A DNA stretch of 64,000 nucleotides from Octopus sinensis (taxonomy: Eukaryota). The stretch is taken from NCBI RefSeq assembly GCF_006345805.1, contig NC_043014.1, positions 34,038,001 through 34,102,000 on the forward strand, written 5' to 3'. The notes under the pieces are model-generated. The model saw only the letters and a list, made by a program, of their open reading frames with translations. It was not told where the DNA came from and did no database searches. Position 1 is the first letter of the stretch; every line of letters starts with the position of its first letter. This document shows positions 39,837 through 53,731 of this stretch, in pieces. Position numbers and translations under genes: made by a program.

Positions 39837-40008
39837 CTTAGGAATGACAACCCAGGGTTGGGTTCAAAATTCTACCAGGACACCTGACGAAGGCTGGAGA
39901 ATAAATCAGCCGAAATGTTGTGGTAACAACAAACACGATGAGGACACATATCCGTCCAATGTAAATAATGTAAATAATGTACAGAATTCCTCATCTCAAA
40001 AATATAGA
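39836..40008 (+). mobile_element. Penelope-like pLTR relic with minimal hammerhead motif (39880-39923)
   Basis: ACAC-CTGACGA-A-GGCTG-(10 nt)-CAGCC-GAAATGTT-GTG. Confidence 0.65.
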
Positions 40009-40094
40009 TCTGCTTTAATGCTGATGAAAACTTTCTGGAAAGTTCATTATTAGCGACGGAAGCACTATAAGTTCAAAATAGTGATCTGTATATC

Positions 40095-40513
40095 ATATTT
40101 AAAATAGATATATCGTTGAAAGCCTGATAAACTGTTAGTATTCATCTAAAAAAAAACATTTTTTTATAGATGTACAGTGCTAAATATAAATAGAAATATA
40201 TCAGCAGCGGCGGTGTCATGATTAAATATGTATCTCTGCTTCTTTGGACTTCATCTGTAGCAAGTATCCTCTGACAACGCCTGCCAAGAGAAAGTCAATC
40301 ACTACTGATATAGTAAAACAACGAATGAAAAATCAATCAGAAACAGATATACCTATTTAGCAATGCCACCGCCGCCGCTACTGGACGGTTCTCGTCTACT
40401 ATAGATATATATATATTTGTACTTTTTAACACTATACGTCAATAAGAAATGTTTTCTCAAGACAAATATCACAGTTTATCAGTCTTTCGACGATATATCT
40501 GCTTTGAAATATC
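40095..40513. mobile_element. Old diverged foldback/MITE
   Basis: GATATATCGTTGAAAGCCTGATAAACTGT versus ACAGTTTATCAGTCTTTCGACGATATATC; imperfect arms of roughly 150 bp. Confidence 0.65.
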
Positions 40514-40691
40514 GTAACAAGGGAAGAAACGTGGGTTTTATCTTTATGATGTCATTGCAATGAGTTGATCATAACCGCCACGACCAAAGAAAGACACGTC
40601 AGAGTTAGGCAGATGCTATACCGACACTATACCAAACACTATACCAAAAGAGCAAGCCATATCCAACGGCCACAGTTCCTTTGAGTCATCG

Positions 40692-40733
<42 letters not shown>

Positions 40734-40880
40734 ACAAGGCGGTGAGCTGGCAGAATTGTTAGCACGCCGGGCAAAATGGGAAACATTGAAAACAAAGGAG
40801 GATATTTTAAAAATCAAAGCCGAAAGTTAAATGTTTGTTTTTTAAGTATATTTTGTTCACTCTTACTTTCATATATATCA

Positions 40881-41393
40881 CTAGCAGTATCGCCCGGCGT
40901 TGCTCGGGTTTGTAAGGGAAATAACTATATAAGCATTTTTAGAGAGTTACTTCCCTTATAGATGCCAATTCGGGCTTTCTTAGCCATTTCTGTTTTGGTG
41001 TCTTCAAGCCATGAAGTCGTTGTTCTAAAAGAACGCTGGTCTCCTTGACAACGCTTTACGACGTTCATTTCCTTACACTCCCTTTCCCACAGCTTCACGA
41101 GGGAGGGAAGAAGGGGGAGAAGCAAACAGGTGCAGGTGTGACCATGGACGCCAACTCCGCCGCCATCGACACACGAAAAATTATGCATTAAAATGGAATA
41201 AAAAATGATGTTAAATTATTTTTAAAATCGTAGACTCATCGTAGACGCGCGCTAATACTCAGACGGGTTCGATATGAATCACGACTATAAGATACCCGAA
41301 TTTGGTTAAACTGCACCGCAAAATGTGGGAGTAGTTAGGAATCTAAATCGAAGGGGACAGACACTCACACAACTACAGTTTTATATATATAGA
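40881..41393 (-). mobile_element. Non-autonomous Helitron
   Basis: A|CTAGCAGTATCGCCCGGCGTTGCTCGGG is the reverse complement of the 3' end at 1871-1898; other end TATATAGA|T. Confidence 0.85.
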
Positions 41394-42366
41394 TATAAAC
41401 ATGTATATCTTTTGGAACATTGTCATTTTATAAGATTTTGCTGGCAAATTTTTTAATTAACATAAACACCTATTACAGGAAAGGAAATTACCAGATAACT
41501 TTCATCAAATTCTTCCGAATCTTTCACTGTAACGTGTTGTTTATCGCATTTGCATTAAATGCATATTGAATGCTTAAATGTTTGTTTACTCGTTTTTTTT
41601 TATCATTGAGCATTGGAGTGGTTGTGTTGTGGGCTAAAAATAACAGCCAAATAAGATTTTTAGATAAATCTTTTAAATTAACATAAACATTTATTTACAT
41701 GAAAAAAATTATCGGAGATATAACACGTGTTGTTTACAAATATTAACAACACGTGCTATTTTCAAGATATTGACGACAAAATATGCAGTCACGCACAAAA
41801 TGTCAGCTTCCAAATCTTGTTTCCTGACTGGGTGAAAATGATGAAACTTTAAACCTCTATAACATTTTTAAAACATTTTCTGCAAAAAAATCAAATAATT
41901 CCAGCAATTCAGTTTTGGCAAGTGTATTGTGGCAAATTTTAAATATTCAGTAAACCTTAATTTTTGAAATGCTGGCAGCCAAACCGACAAGATCCAATTA
42001 AGTACCAGTTACGCACTGAGCTCGATGTAATTGACTGAATCCCTTCCCCCAAATTTGAGGCCTTGTGTTTCCAGTAAAAATGATTATTATTGTTGTTGTT
42101 GCTGCTGTTGTTGTTATTGTTTTTTCTTCTTTCTTCAAAATTTTCTTCCATTTCTCGCCAAGTGTTTTCCATACACCTAAGGCAGCGAAACTCATTGTAT
42201 GCATTCCCAGATTACACACGCAAATTCACAGGTAAAATATGTATTTAAAAATTAATAAATAAATAAATTCATGAATAGATGTTGTTTTTCACAGCGATAA
42301 TGCTCTTCTCAGTACATGAGTCGTTCCAGTTAACACGATTTATTATTATTATTATTAATACTACTA

Positions 42367-42405
<39 letters not shown>

Positions 42406-42509
42406 ACTACTACTACTATTATTATTATTATTATTATTATTTTTAAAACCGTCGTTTATCATAAGTTGCACAGAGTTTAACTTAAGTGGTGTTTGAGGGA
42501 GGTAGTGGG

Positions 42510-42800
42510 GAAGAAGTGCCCTGGAAAAGTGTACTACGATAACACTTCTGCTCACGCATAACTCCTTATCTGTGATTTATGGCAAAGAACGAAATGACTC
42601 CCGTCCCGCAAGCGCTTTATTTTCCGAGTTTGGCTACTGTGAAATGTTTTGTTCCCATATTTGAAATTTATCTTAAAGGCTGCTAATTTCAGAGAAAAGA
42701 AGCGATCGAGACCGGTGCATTACTCCTCTGCGTTCCAAAACACATTTTAGATTTTTAAAAAGATGACTTCTTTGTTCGGTTTGGTGTAATAACTGTGTGA
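42510..42800 (+). pseudogene. Highly decayed mariner transposase fragment
   Basis: YDNTSAH...MTPVPQA...LFPYLK resembles HDNAPAH...PQPPYSPDLAP.DFFLFP.LK. Confidence 0.55.
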
Positions 42801-42891
42801 GAAACTAAGAAACTATTCTGAAGGATCTTATTAGATTCTAAGCAGGGTCAATGTTTTCGTTTTGTTTTTTTAAGTGCCGTTTCATTTAGGA

Positions 42892-42951
<60 letters not shown>

Positions 42952-42955
42952 GTGC

Positions 42956-42989
<34 letters not shown>

Positions 42990-43038
42990 GTGCGTGCGTG
43001 CGTGCGTGCATATGTGTGCATGTGTACGTACGTATCTA

Positions 43039-43447
43039 GGATCTTTTCGGTTTGAACGGCAGTTTTTAAAAATAATTTCCACTTTTAAACTTCGTATACT
43101 GGTAGAATGTGTTTATAAAACATCTTTTTCTCTTGGCTTTATTGAGAAAATTCTATTGTTTGTAAGATATTTGTTGGGTTTTTTTCTTCAATTTCTGCAA
43201 TTTCAACCAATCAATGACGTCTATTGAGGTAAAAAAACATTCTGTGCCGTATGAATATGTCCCTCGTTTAAGAAACAGATTGGGTTTATTTACATTTGTG
43301 AAGAAAAAAAAGATACCCTTCCCCCCACCCCTAACCCTAACCCTAAAACAGATTGAAATGCAATAGATCGATACTAGGGTCATAATTATGGGTGACAATT
43401 TCATATGACACCGCTAGAAAAAACTGCCGTTCAAACCGAAAATATCC
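43039..43447. mobile_element. GGATC-ended MITE with (CCCTAA)n
   Basis: Close copy of 10697-11140; degenerate TSD CGTATCTA/TGTATGTA. Confidence 0.9.
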
Positions 43448-43798
43448 TGTATGTATGTATGTATGTATGTATGTATGTATGTATGTATGTACGTATGTAC
43501 GTTTGTACAATGACTGGTGACTGTTAAAAACTCTGCCCAGCTGTCTTCTCAGATCATTTATCATGTTAAAAAATATTTCATTTGAATCTTCATTTCGTAT
43601 TGGGTTCTATATCAGATAATGCTTAATCCCTGTCTAACATAGAGCTATATATATCAAACACCTACGCCTACGCCTTTATATATGTATATATGTGAGTGTG
43701 CGTGAGTGTATATATATATATATATGTATGTATGTATACATACATGTATGTATGTATGTTGTATGTATGTATGTATGTATGTATGTATATATATATTG

Positions 43799-43883
<85 letters not shown>

Positions 43884-44005
43884 ATATGCCTGTATGTACG
43901 TGCATATATCTATACATTATGTAATACCTAGTTATCGATATTTATGTATGCGCATGTAGGTATAATATTTATCTGTGTATATCTAAACCCACTTATCTAT
44001 TTGTT

Positions 44006-44036
<31 letters not shown>

Positions 44037-44380
44037 TATATATATATACACACATACACGCACATTCACTCATGCACACGCAGTCACATACATTCACACT
44101 ACGAGGAAGTTGTTTGTTTATCTTAATCACGAATCACATTATCAAACTGTTATCGCTATCGAAAGAAATCTGTCTATAAATTTTCATCTACAATGAATTA
44201 AATACTATCCGCTTATGAGAAGCAAAATCCCACAATATTAATATCATAATTTTCAAGTAACCCTTGAATAAGTCCCAACACGTGCGTATTTTGTCTTCCG
44301 GTTACCACAACCACCATCATCGCGCTCAACTGTTACAACAACAGGCGACAATCACGACAGAACTGTATTCACATTTTCAA

Positions 44381-44769
44381 TCTTTATATATAAAGCTGAA
44401 GTTGTCTGTGTGGCAGGTTTGGTAGCCTTCAACTAACACTATCTCCTCCGAGACCCTGCGGCGCAAGTTGACCAAAATTGAGAGTATGATAGAAGAAGGC
44501 CTGCTCTTCCTTCCGTAGAAGAAAAACTTCAAATCGGACCATGTTAACACCAAAAATTATTTACATCGAAAAGGTGCTTTTTTTTCTATGAAAATCCTTA
44601 TTTTTTACGATTTTTTGACTGCTGTGTCGCCATTTTTCAGTGTATTTGAACCAGAAAAATGTTCACTTGAAGAGAATAACAAGCTACATAATGCAACATT
44701 TTAACTTTTCAAAAATTCCAATTCTAAAGGGTCGAAACAAACCCGAGCAACGCCAGGCGATACTGCTAG
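44381..44769 (+). mobile_element. Non-autonomous Helitron
   Basis: Close copy of 1510-1898 with A|TC and CTAG|T ends. Confidence 0.87.
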
Positions 44770-44974
44770 TAATTCTATACAGTCAACCATACCTCCATGT
44801 TCATCAATTGTTATCACCGCTACTACATCTACAACTATTACCACTACTATTATATCTACCATTATCATTACTACCATTGCTGCTAATGTATTTTGGAGGA
44901 CGAATACGAAGATGATGACAAGATAAAAGCGAGAGGTGCAATACCTATGAAGATGTAGTATTTGTAAGATTATG

Positions 44975-45365
44975 CGCAGGAGTGGCTGTGTGGTAAGTAG
45001 CTTGCTAACCAACCACATGGTTACGGGTTCAGTCCCACTGCGTGGCATCTTGGGCAAGTGTCTTCTGCTATAGCCCCGGGCCGACCAATGCCTTGTGAGT
45101 GGATTTGGTAGATGGAAACTGAAAGAAGCCTGTCATATATATATATATATATGTATGTGTGTGTTTGTGTGTCTGTGTTTATCCCATTAGCATTGCTTGA
45201 CAACCGATGCTGGTGTGTTTACGTCCCCGTAACTTAGCGGTTCGGCAAAAGAGACCGATAGAATAAGTACTGGGCTTACAAAGAATAAGTCCCGGGGTCG
45301 ATTTGCTCCACTAAAGGCGGTGCTCCAGCATATCCGCAGTCAAATGACTGAAACAAGTAAAAGAG
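44975..45365 (+). mobile_element. CORE-type SINE with 33-bp flanking direct repeat
   Basis: TACCTATGAAGATGTAGTATTTGTAAGATTATG at 44942-44974 and 45366-45398. Confidence 0.92.
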
Positions 45366-45518
45366 TACCTATGAAGATGTAGTATTTGTAAGATTATGAT
45401 GATTAAGGACAATTATGATGATGAAATTCTTTGTATTGGCTATGAACGGCAGTAGTAGTTTGCTAATTTTTTTCGGTGTGGGTTAAGATATGTGTGTTCA
45501 TACAAATATATATATATA

Positions 45519-45900
45519 CTAGCACTATGACCCGGCAACGCCGGGTCATAGTGCTAGTGCATGCATATACAGCTGCGTGCGTGTGCACATACACGCGAGT
45601 ACTGTCCAAAATCTCCGACCAATCACATACAGCTAGCTGGCATTCAATTGGCATATCATATTTCGGGCACTTTGATTGGGTTTTGGATAGAAAATTCACA
45701 AAAAAATCACTTCTATTGATTTTTTTAATGGCTTTGCGGGGTGACTGGGGAAATATAAAGATGTGCACGACCACCCTTAGACGGTTTTGACTGACCATAG
45801 AAACTGCGAGCCCTCTAACTGAAAATTGTGGATTTGTATAAAGGACACGCACGCACGCACACACACACATAGACATTTTGCCGTTTATATATATATATAT
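45519..45900 (-). mobile_element. Non-autonomous Helitron with extended terminal palindrome
   Basis: CTAG end plus hairpin; other end GCCGTTTATATA shared with 49725-50108. Confidence 0.7.
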
Positions 45901-45909
45901 ATATTCTAA

Positions 45910-46027
<118 letters not shown>

Positions 46028-46897
46028 GTATGTATGAATGTACATGCGTGTGCGTGCAAACGTGCTTGTGTGTGTGTGTGTGTGGTGTGTGTGTGTGTGT
46101 GTGTGTGTCAAAGACTGTAGAAAGTAATTTCGAAGATTTGCTGATGGCACCTTCGGACACTCATCTTGAATAAGACATCATCAGCAAAATTATTGAAGCT
46201 ACAATCAACATTCTTAGAATAGATACTATATTTTACACATGGATTCAGTTTTCTATCCAATTGATGTTTGTTGCTATAGAAATTATTTAAAAACACTAAT
46301 TTTTATGTGTGTGCGTGTATATATACATACACACACATATATTTAAATTTAGGTCAGTTCAAATATGTTTGTGAGACACTTGATAGTTGACCTATGAAAA
46401 CGCCATTTTCACTGCAGTTTGCCATGGAGAAAATTCCCGTTTTAGATATTAAGTGTCTAAATAACGTCAATCATTTCGGGGCGCCCTCTATAGTAGACCG
46501 ATAAATGCATTTCTAGCTATTTGGCTACCATCAGTACCGAACACTACAAAAGAGTGATAACCATGAAGTGACTTTGGAAGGTATGGTTTCCTTTGTAGAA
46601 AATCAGCAAAACTATTTACTAGCTACGTGTGATCAACCGCCATGCTCGAATAAATTATATAGTATGTATGCGAAGTAAGCAAACTTTTTCAACGAGTTCA
46701 AATATGTTTGTGACATATTTGATCTGTAAAAACGCTATTTTCCCTGCGATCGCATATGAGGCGGAGATAACATAGAAAGATCTCCGGGTGGTGATATAAG
46801 ACGCTTTGCTGGGATTCTTCGTTATTTGAGTACAAAGAAAGCTCTTTCAAGATAATTTTAAAATCCGGGAGAGACATAACGTCACAACAGTGAGGCC

Positions 46898-47094
46898 CGT
46901 GGTGGATTTACCATTGTGCTGAGGTCTGCTTAAGCACAGGGACCCGTTGATTGGGGGATGGGGGCCATCTTCTTGCCCCCAAAAGTCTTCATGATAAATT
47001 TACTCTTTTACTCTGAGCATGTATGCCTGACTATCCAAGTAAGCCTCATGACTTAACTAGCACGGGGCCTCATTTATCCTAAATCCAGCACCTG
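46898..47094. mobile_element. Possible old hAT-type MITE
   Basis: CCGTGGTGGATTTA...TAAATCCAGCACCTG imperfect TIRs; no TSD found. Confidence 0.4.
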
Positions 47095-48650
47095 ATAAGA
47101 CGCGTATAGCTATGGGGAAAAAATGCATAATATAACATTAAGGATTACTGAAAAAAGTGAAGACCTTACCTAAACAGCAGTAGGAGATAAATATATTGTT
47201 TAGCTGAGAAGAGAATTATTCTGAAGAATTCGCTCCACGCAGAAGCTTTCTTGAACTCTGAAAGCGAAGTTTCCCTCTTGTCCTCATGGTTGGAAATATA
47301 TTTTAGTCAATTATTCGGTTCCATCCTAGCTTTTGTTCCGTTTGTAGAACTCTCGCTATAATACGGTATTCCCCCATTCACACACACGCACGCACACAAC
47401 CCTAACACATTCACAGAGCCGTGCATAGATATTCAAAAACCGCTCCCCACCTTTCTTCCCATTTTCACTCTCTCTCTCTCTCCACCTTACTTTCACCCCT
47501 TCCTTTCCATAATCTCAGAATACAAGAATACAAAAAGCTTAACTGCCACTTCAATGACTAAAAAGACCAATCTAAGCCAGCGTTTTTTCTTTCTTTCATT
47601 TTTTTATAACTTCAGACATCCCTGGGTTTCGTTCCAGTATTTTTACATCTCTAATACTCGTAAACCGGATGTGGTCTATTTAGACTTCTAGTACAAAAGA
47701 TCCCAAGATCTCTTTTATCAAGCCATGTTTGATGACTGTTAAATTACAGTTCCATATTAGGAAGTTCCTGAGCACGAAACCACTCGGTAACATGAATTGG
47801 CTGTTATGAAATTAAAATTATAATATCCTATGAATAATACACGCAGTTTATTACTGAATACACCCTGTTTTTACTGACTCATGAAAACTTACTAAACGTT
47901 CTTTATTCCTGAATTTGTATGTACTTACTTTCATCGCTTCATTAACGCATTCCATGAACGGTAATTCTAGTACTTGCAAAATCTGCCGAACACATTGTCT
48001 GTGACTATATAATGAAACTATTTACTATTTATAGCAGAGTCTGATGTTAACCTGTCATGAAATGTGCATGTGGCCTCTTCGTTAAGTCACAGCATAATTA
48101 TATTTATGGGTGTATATATATATATATATTCATTTATATGTATGTGACGGATCATGTAGCGTCGCTTATATAAATAACAGAGATTACGAAACAACTGTTT
48201 ACAAATGGAATAAACGTCTACTCTATCACTTCGCTTCTCTTATCCGCACCATTGCGATTCCTGGATTCAGAACGACAGTGAAATTCCATCCAACCCTTAA
48301 CCACGGTCTTTCTCGATAGCTCTGCACCAGGCGGCGAGCTTACTGTGAGTCCTGTTTAGTTCTTTGAATCGCTATTCATATCGTGCGTGCGTGTGTGTGT
48401 AAATGTGTGTGTGTTTTGTGTGTATGTATGAATGTATGTATGTATATATGTATATATATATATGTATGTATGTATAAAATGTATGTATTCTTATAATTTA
48501 TGATAGATAGATACATACATACATACATACATACATACATACATACATACATACATACATACATACACAAACAAGCATATATGCACACTGACACGCACAT
48601 GCATATTTATATGCATCTTTCTACAAGAAACCAATATGTTAGCTTTTGAT

Positions 48651-48920
48651 ACTCTTTTACTCTTTACTCTTTTACTTGTTTCAGTCATTTGACTGCGGCC
48701 ATGCTGGAGCACCGCCTTTAGTCGAGCAAATCGACCTCCAGGACTTATTCTTTGTAAGTCTAGTACTTATTCTATTGGATCTCTTTTGCCGAACCGTTAA
48801 GTTACGGGGACGCAAACACACCAGCATCGGTTGTCAAGCGATGTTGGGGGGACAAACACAGACACACAAATACACACACATACACACATACACACACACA
48901 CACGCACGCACGCACGCACA

Positions 48921-48961
<41 letters not shown>

Positions 48962-49144
48962 TATATATATATATATATTCATATACAGGACGGGCCTCTT
49001 TCAGTTTCCGTGTACCAAATCCACTCATAAGGCTTTGGTCGGCCCGAGGCTATAGTAGAAGACACTTGCCAAGGTGCCACGCAATGGGAATGAACCCGGG
49101 ACCGTGTGGTTGGTAAGCAAGCTACTTACCACACAGCCACTCCT
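48651..49144 (-). mobile_element. CORE-type SINE
   Basis: Full reverse-complement copy. Confidence 0.88.
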
Positions 49145-49724
49145 TTAGGAAATTATAAATTTATATATAAAATGCAATTAATTTATATTATCTTTTAAAA
49201 TATCTGCAAATTATTTTGCATAAATAACGATTTATTTAACTAATAAAGAATCCGTTTATTTTGAGAGTCTTGCTATCAACATGTAACTCAACAGATATCC
49301 GAGTTATTCTTCAGCTGATAAAGTATGATAAAGTATGTTGTTGAACATAGTATTAGAGAAGTGACGAGACACTTTGGTGTGAATGGATGTAACATCAGAT
49401 TATAGAGGCGAATTCAAATTAAACTTGAGATGTGCCAAAATTCAAACGAGCCCAAAGAGGTTAAAGACCTACTTCTTGCTTCGCGAAGTGGATGTATTGA
49501 AATTTATAAAGAACAAAAGGTGTGTTATCTACCCACAGCACAATCCGTACTACAGTCTATTACTAGAAACTCCATCCGGATTCATATATAATAAATCCAT
49601 TTAAAGCAAATACAAAAATGGTGGTTCCTTTTTAAGGATGGATATAGCTTTGCTTCAAAAAGCGCAGAATTTTCCCGAAAACAAGAAAGAGAAAGTTTTG
49701 AACTTTCCAGAAGTTCATTTATGA

Positions 49725-50108
49725 CTAGCAGTATCGCCCGGCGTTGCTCGGGTTTGTAAGGGAAATAACTATAAAGCATTTTTAGAGAGTTATAGCCAAA
49801 AAATAGTTTTAAAAAATGGAAAAAAAATTATGGTAAATTTTTTTTGAGAGTTAAAAAGGTCGAGTTGCGTCCCCTAGACAGTCTGTGGTTTGTGTTTCTG
49901 ATTCTCGACCCCATGTCGAATTTATCGATGTTTTTCAGAACTGGGGGAACTTTTCAAAATTTTCGCTGCGTTAGTTTTGAATTATGACATTGGGCTATGT
50001 GTGTGTCAAGTTTCATCAGAATCGGTTGAAAGCCGTGGTCAGGGTGAGGGTACAACCTAACAGACACACAGACACGCAGACAGACAAACTGCCGTTTATA
50101 TAGAGAGA
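49725..50108 (-). mobile_element. Non-autonomous Helitron
   Basis: Shares its 3'-terminal ~65 bp with 40881-41393 but has a different interior; other end TAGAGAGA|T. Confidence 0.85.
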
Positions 50109-50727
50109 TTTGTGAAAAAATATGGCTACTCCGCCATCAACACCGGAAATGCTGACTAAATAACAGTGACGTTTTGTGTCCATATTACACTGATGTAATT
50201 CCCAGTAGTTGTAAGACAGGGTTTCTGGGCCATAATGGATATGAACCAAAGCAGATTCACTGTTATATTCGACTGTTTAGCTAACGGTTCCAAGTTGCTG
50301 AAGTAACTTCAAAAGGAAAACTATACCATCCGCAGAGTTCCCTGCTGGCGAAATGCATTAAAAAAGTAGGGAGCACGACAAACTGACCCTAAATTGGATT
50401 TAAATTGTTTGGGCAAAATAAAGATTGCTATAGCAGGAGAGTTACTGAATTTTGACGCTTTCAGATATCATCGCATGTATGTAAACGATGCCCCTTAAGA
50501 GGATCAAAAACAGATATGGCCTCATTCTCAGTGATATAATATCATCATGCTGCAGGCCATAGATTTGGTGTCTTCAGCAAGTTATTCAACAGTTGTGGAA
50601 TAAAAACGCATAGATTACCGATTAGAGATCGGATAACTTCATATCTGTGGCTTGCAAGAGAACACTGATTACTATATTTGAGTGTTCACTATTTGGATAA
50701 TACATCATCTATCTATCTATCTATCTA

Positions 50728-50776
<49 letters not shown>

Positions 50777-50820
50777 TTGTCTATCTGTCTATCTATCTGT
50801 CTGTCTATCTGTCTATTTGT

Positions 50821-50870
<50 letters not shown>

Positions 50871-50897
50871 GTGTATGTGACTATGTGTGTATGCTTG

Positions 50898-50973
<76 letters not shown>

Positions 50974-50975
50974 TG

Positions 50976-51082
<107 letters not shown>

Positions 51083-51258
51083 GGATGGATATGGTCATGC
51101 AAACAGGAAAAATAAAACTCGAATAGAGTATATGAATATATTTATTAATATTTAACGAGGGCAACAGCCCAAGAGTTTCGGGTGCAGACCTTATCAAACG
51201 GGTTTGTTAAGTGCCAACGCCCGAAACTCTTGGCTCTTGAGTGACTTTATAGCTCTGC

Positions 51259-51303
<45 letters not shown>

Positions 51304-51312
51304 CACACACAC

Positions 51313-51722
51313 ACTCTTTTACTTGTTTCAGTCATTTGACTGCGGCCATGCTGGAGCACCGCCTTTAGTCGAGCAAATCGACCCCAGAGCTTATTCCTTG
51401 TAAGCCTAGTTCTTATTCTATTGGTATTTTTTTGCCGAACCGCTAAGTTACGGGGACGTAAACACACTAGCATCGGTTGTCAAGCGTTGTTGGGGGGGGG
51501 AGGTCTAACAGACACACAAACATATACACGCACATACATATACATATATATATACATATACGACGGGCTTCTTCCAGTTTCCGTCTACCAAATCCACTCA
51601 AGACTTTGTTCGGCCCGAAGTTATAGTAGAAGACACTTGCCCAAGGTGCCACGCAGTGGGACTGACCCCAGGACCATGTGGTTGGTAAGCAAGCTACTTA
51701 CCACACAGTCACTCCTGCGCCT
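51313..51722 (-). mobile_element. CORE-type SINE
   Basis: Full reverse-complement copy. Confidence 0.88.
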
Positions 51723-51723
51723 A

Positions 51724-51957
51724 TAACGTAAAGACAGACGAAATACTTTTTCTTTACTACCCACAAGGGGCTAAACATAGAGTGGACAAACAAGGACAGA
51801 AAAAAGGGATTAAGTCGATTACATCGACCCCAGTGCATAACTGGTACTTAATTTATCGACCCTGAAAGGATGAAAGGCAAAGTCGACCTCGGCGGAATTT
51901 GAACTCACAACGTAACGGCAAACGAAATACGGTTAAGAATTTCGCCCGGCGTGCTAA
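51724..51957 (-). mobile_element. Nin-domain SINE
   Basis: GGTACTTAATTTATCGACCCTGAAAGGATGAAAGGCAAAGTCGACCTCGGCGG. Confidence 0.85.
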
Positions 51958-53012
51958 TGGCCCAATGGTTAGGACAGCGGATTTGCGGTCGTAGTATCGC
52001 GGTTTCGATTCCCAGACCGGGCGTTGTGAGTGTTTATTGAGCAAAAACACCTAAAGCTCCACGACGCTCCGGCAGAGGGGTGGGGGTGGCGATCCCTGCT
52101 GTACTCTTTCGCCACAACTTTCTCTCACTCTTTCTTCTGTTAGCCTGCTCGCTTAGCCAGCGGAGTGGCGTCATTTGAAGGCTAAAACAATGCGAAGCGC
52201 ATTGAGACCAGCGATGTGCAGCAACATGCGATAGCCTGGTCGGTCACGGTGATATATATATATATTGGCCGCTCGCTTAGCCAGCGGGAGTGCGTCATTT
52301 GAAGGCTAAAACAATGCGAAGCGCATTGAGACCAGCTGATGTGCAGCACCATGGGATAGCCTGGTCGGTCACGGTGATATATATATATATTGGCCTGCTC
52401 GCTTAGCCAGCGGAGTGGCGTCATTTGAAGGCTAAAACAATGCGAAGCGCATTGAGACCAGCGATGTGCAGCAACATGCGATAGCCTGGTCGGTCACGGT
52501 GATATATATATATATTGGCCTGCTCGCTTAGCCAGCGGAGTGGCGTCATTTGAAGGCTAAAACAATGCGAAGCGCATTGAGACCAGCGATGTGCAGCAAC
52601 ATGCGATAGCCTGGTCGGTCACGGTGATATATATATATATTGGCCTGCTCGCTTAGCCAGCGGAGTGGCGTCATTTGAAGGCTAAAACAATGCGAAGCGC
52701 ATTGAGACCAGCGATGTGCAGCAACATGCGATAGCCTGGTCGGTCACGGTGATATATATATATATTGGCCTGCTCGCTTAGCCAGCGGGGTGGCGTCATT
52801 TGAAGGCTAAAACAATGCGAAGCGCATTGAGACCAGCGATGTGCAGCAACATGCGATAGCCTGGTCGGTCACGGTGATATATATATATATTGGCCTGCTC
52901 GCTTAGCCAGCGGAGTGGCGTCATTTGAAGGCTAAAACAATGCGAAGTACATTGAGACCAGCGATGTGCAGCAACATGCGATAGCCTGGTCGGTCACGGT
53001 GATCACGGTGAT
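51958..53012 (+). mobile_element. tRNA-derived SINE with RTE-type tail, 3' half amplified in tandem
   Basis: A box TGGCCCAATGG, B box GTTTCGATTCC; tail similar to the RTE 3' end at 35560-35615. Confidence 0.8.
52143..53012 (+). repeat. Tandem array, 7 x 125 bp
   Basis: Unit starts at 52143, 52268, 52393, 52518, 52643, 52768, 52893. Confidence 0.96.
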
Positions 53013-53213
53013 ATATATATATATATATATGTATGTTAGGCGGGCGCACGTATGGCTGTGTGGTTAAGAAGCTTGCTTTGCATCTGCATATTTTGGGTCC
53101 CGTCCCACTGCGCGGCCCCATGGGCAAGTATTTGCTACCGTAGCCCTAAGTCAACCAATGCCTTGTGAGTAAGCTTGGTGGACGGAGACTGAATGAAAGC
53201 TCGTTGCGCGTGT

Positions 53214-53249
<36 letters not shown>

Positions 53250-53506
53250 AAGTATGTATATATGTATGTGTGTGTATCTTTGTGTTTGTCCCAACTACCA
53301 CATCACAACCGGGGCTGGTTTGTTTATGCCTCCGTCACTTATGCTCCGCACTTTACAAAATTAGTTATGGGGTCGATTTGTTTGACTAGAACCTTCAATG
53401 CATTGGACAAGCATAGCTGCAATCCAGTGACTGAAAGAACTGAAATATAATATGCATAGTATATATATATATACACGCGCACGCACACACAAATAGATAG
53501 ACAGAC

Positions 53507-53597
<91 letters not shown>

Positions 53598-53731
53598 CAT
53601 ATGCATGTATATGTGTATACAGATGTTTGTGTAAGTATATGTTGATATATTATATATATATATATTGGTAAAACGGTAAGATAACAAAAGAAAGAAAGAG
53701 ACCTCAATATTATGTAAATAGAAATTTTATC

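Noticed and set aside
50380-50700. Possible third mariner fossil
   Set aside because: Only faint motif resemblance; not supportable without a search.
51958-52025. tRNA gene (also heads at 5681, 56569, 62028)
   Set aside because: A and B boxes are present but there is no convincing cloverleaf or T-run terminator; they continue into SINE bodies.
52143-53012. CRISPR-like array (also 56347-56523)
   Set aside because: Units are contiguous with no unique spacers, no cas genes, eukaryotic context, and SINE origin is evident.
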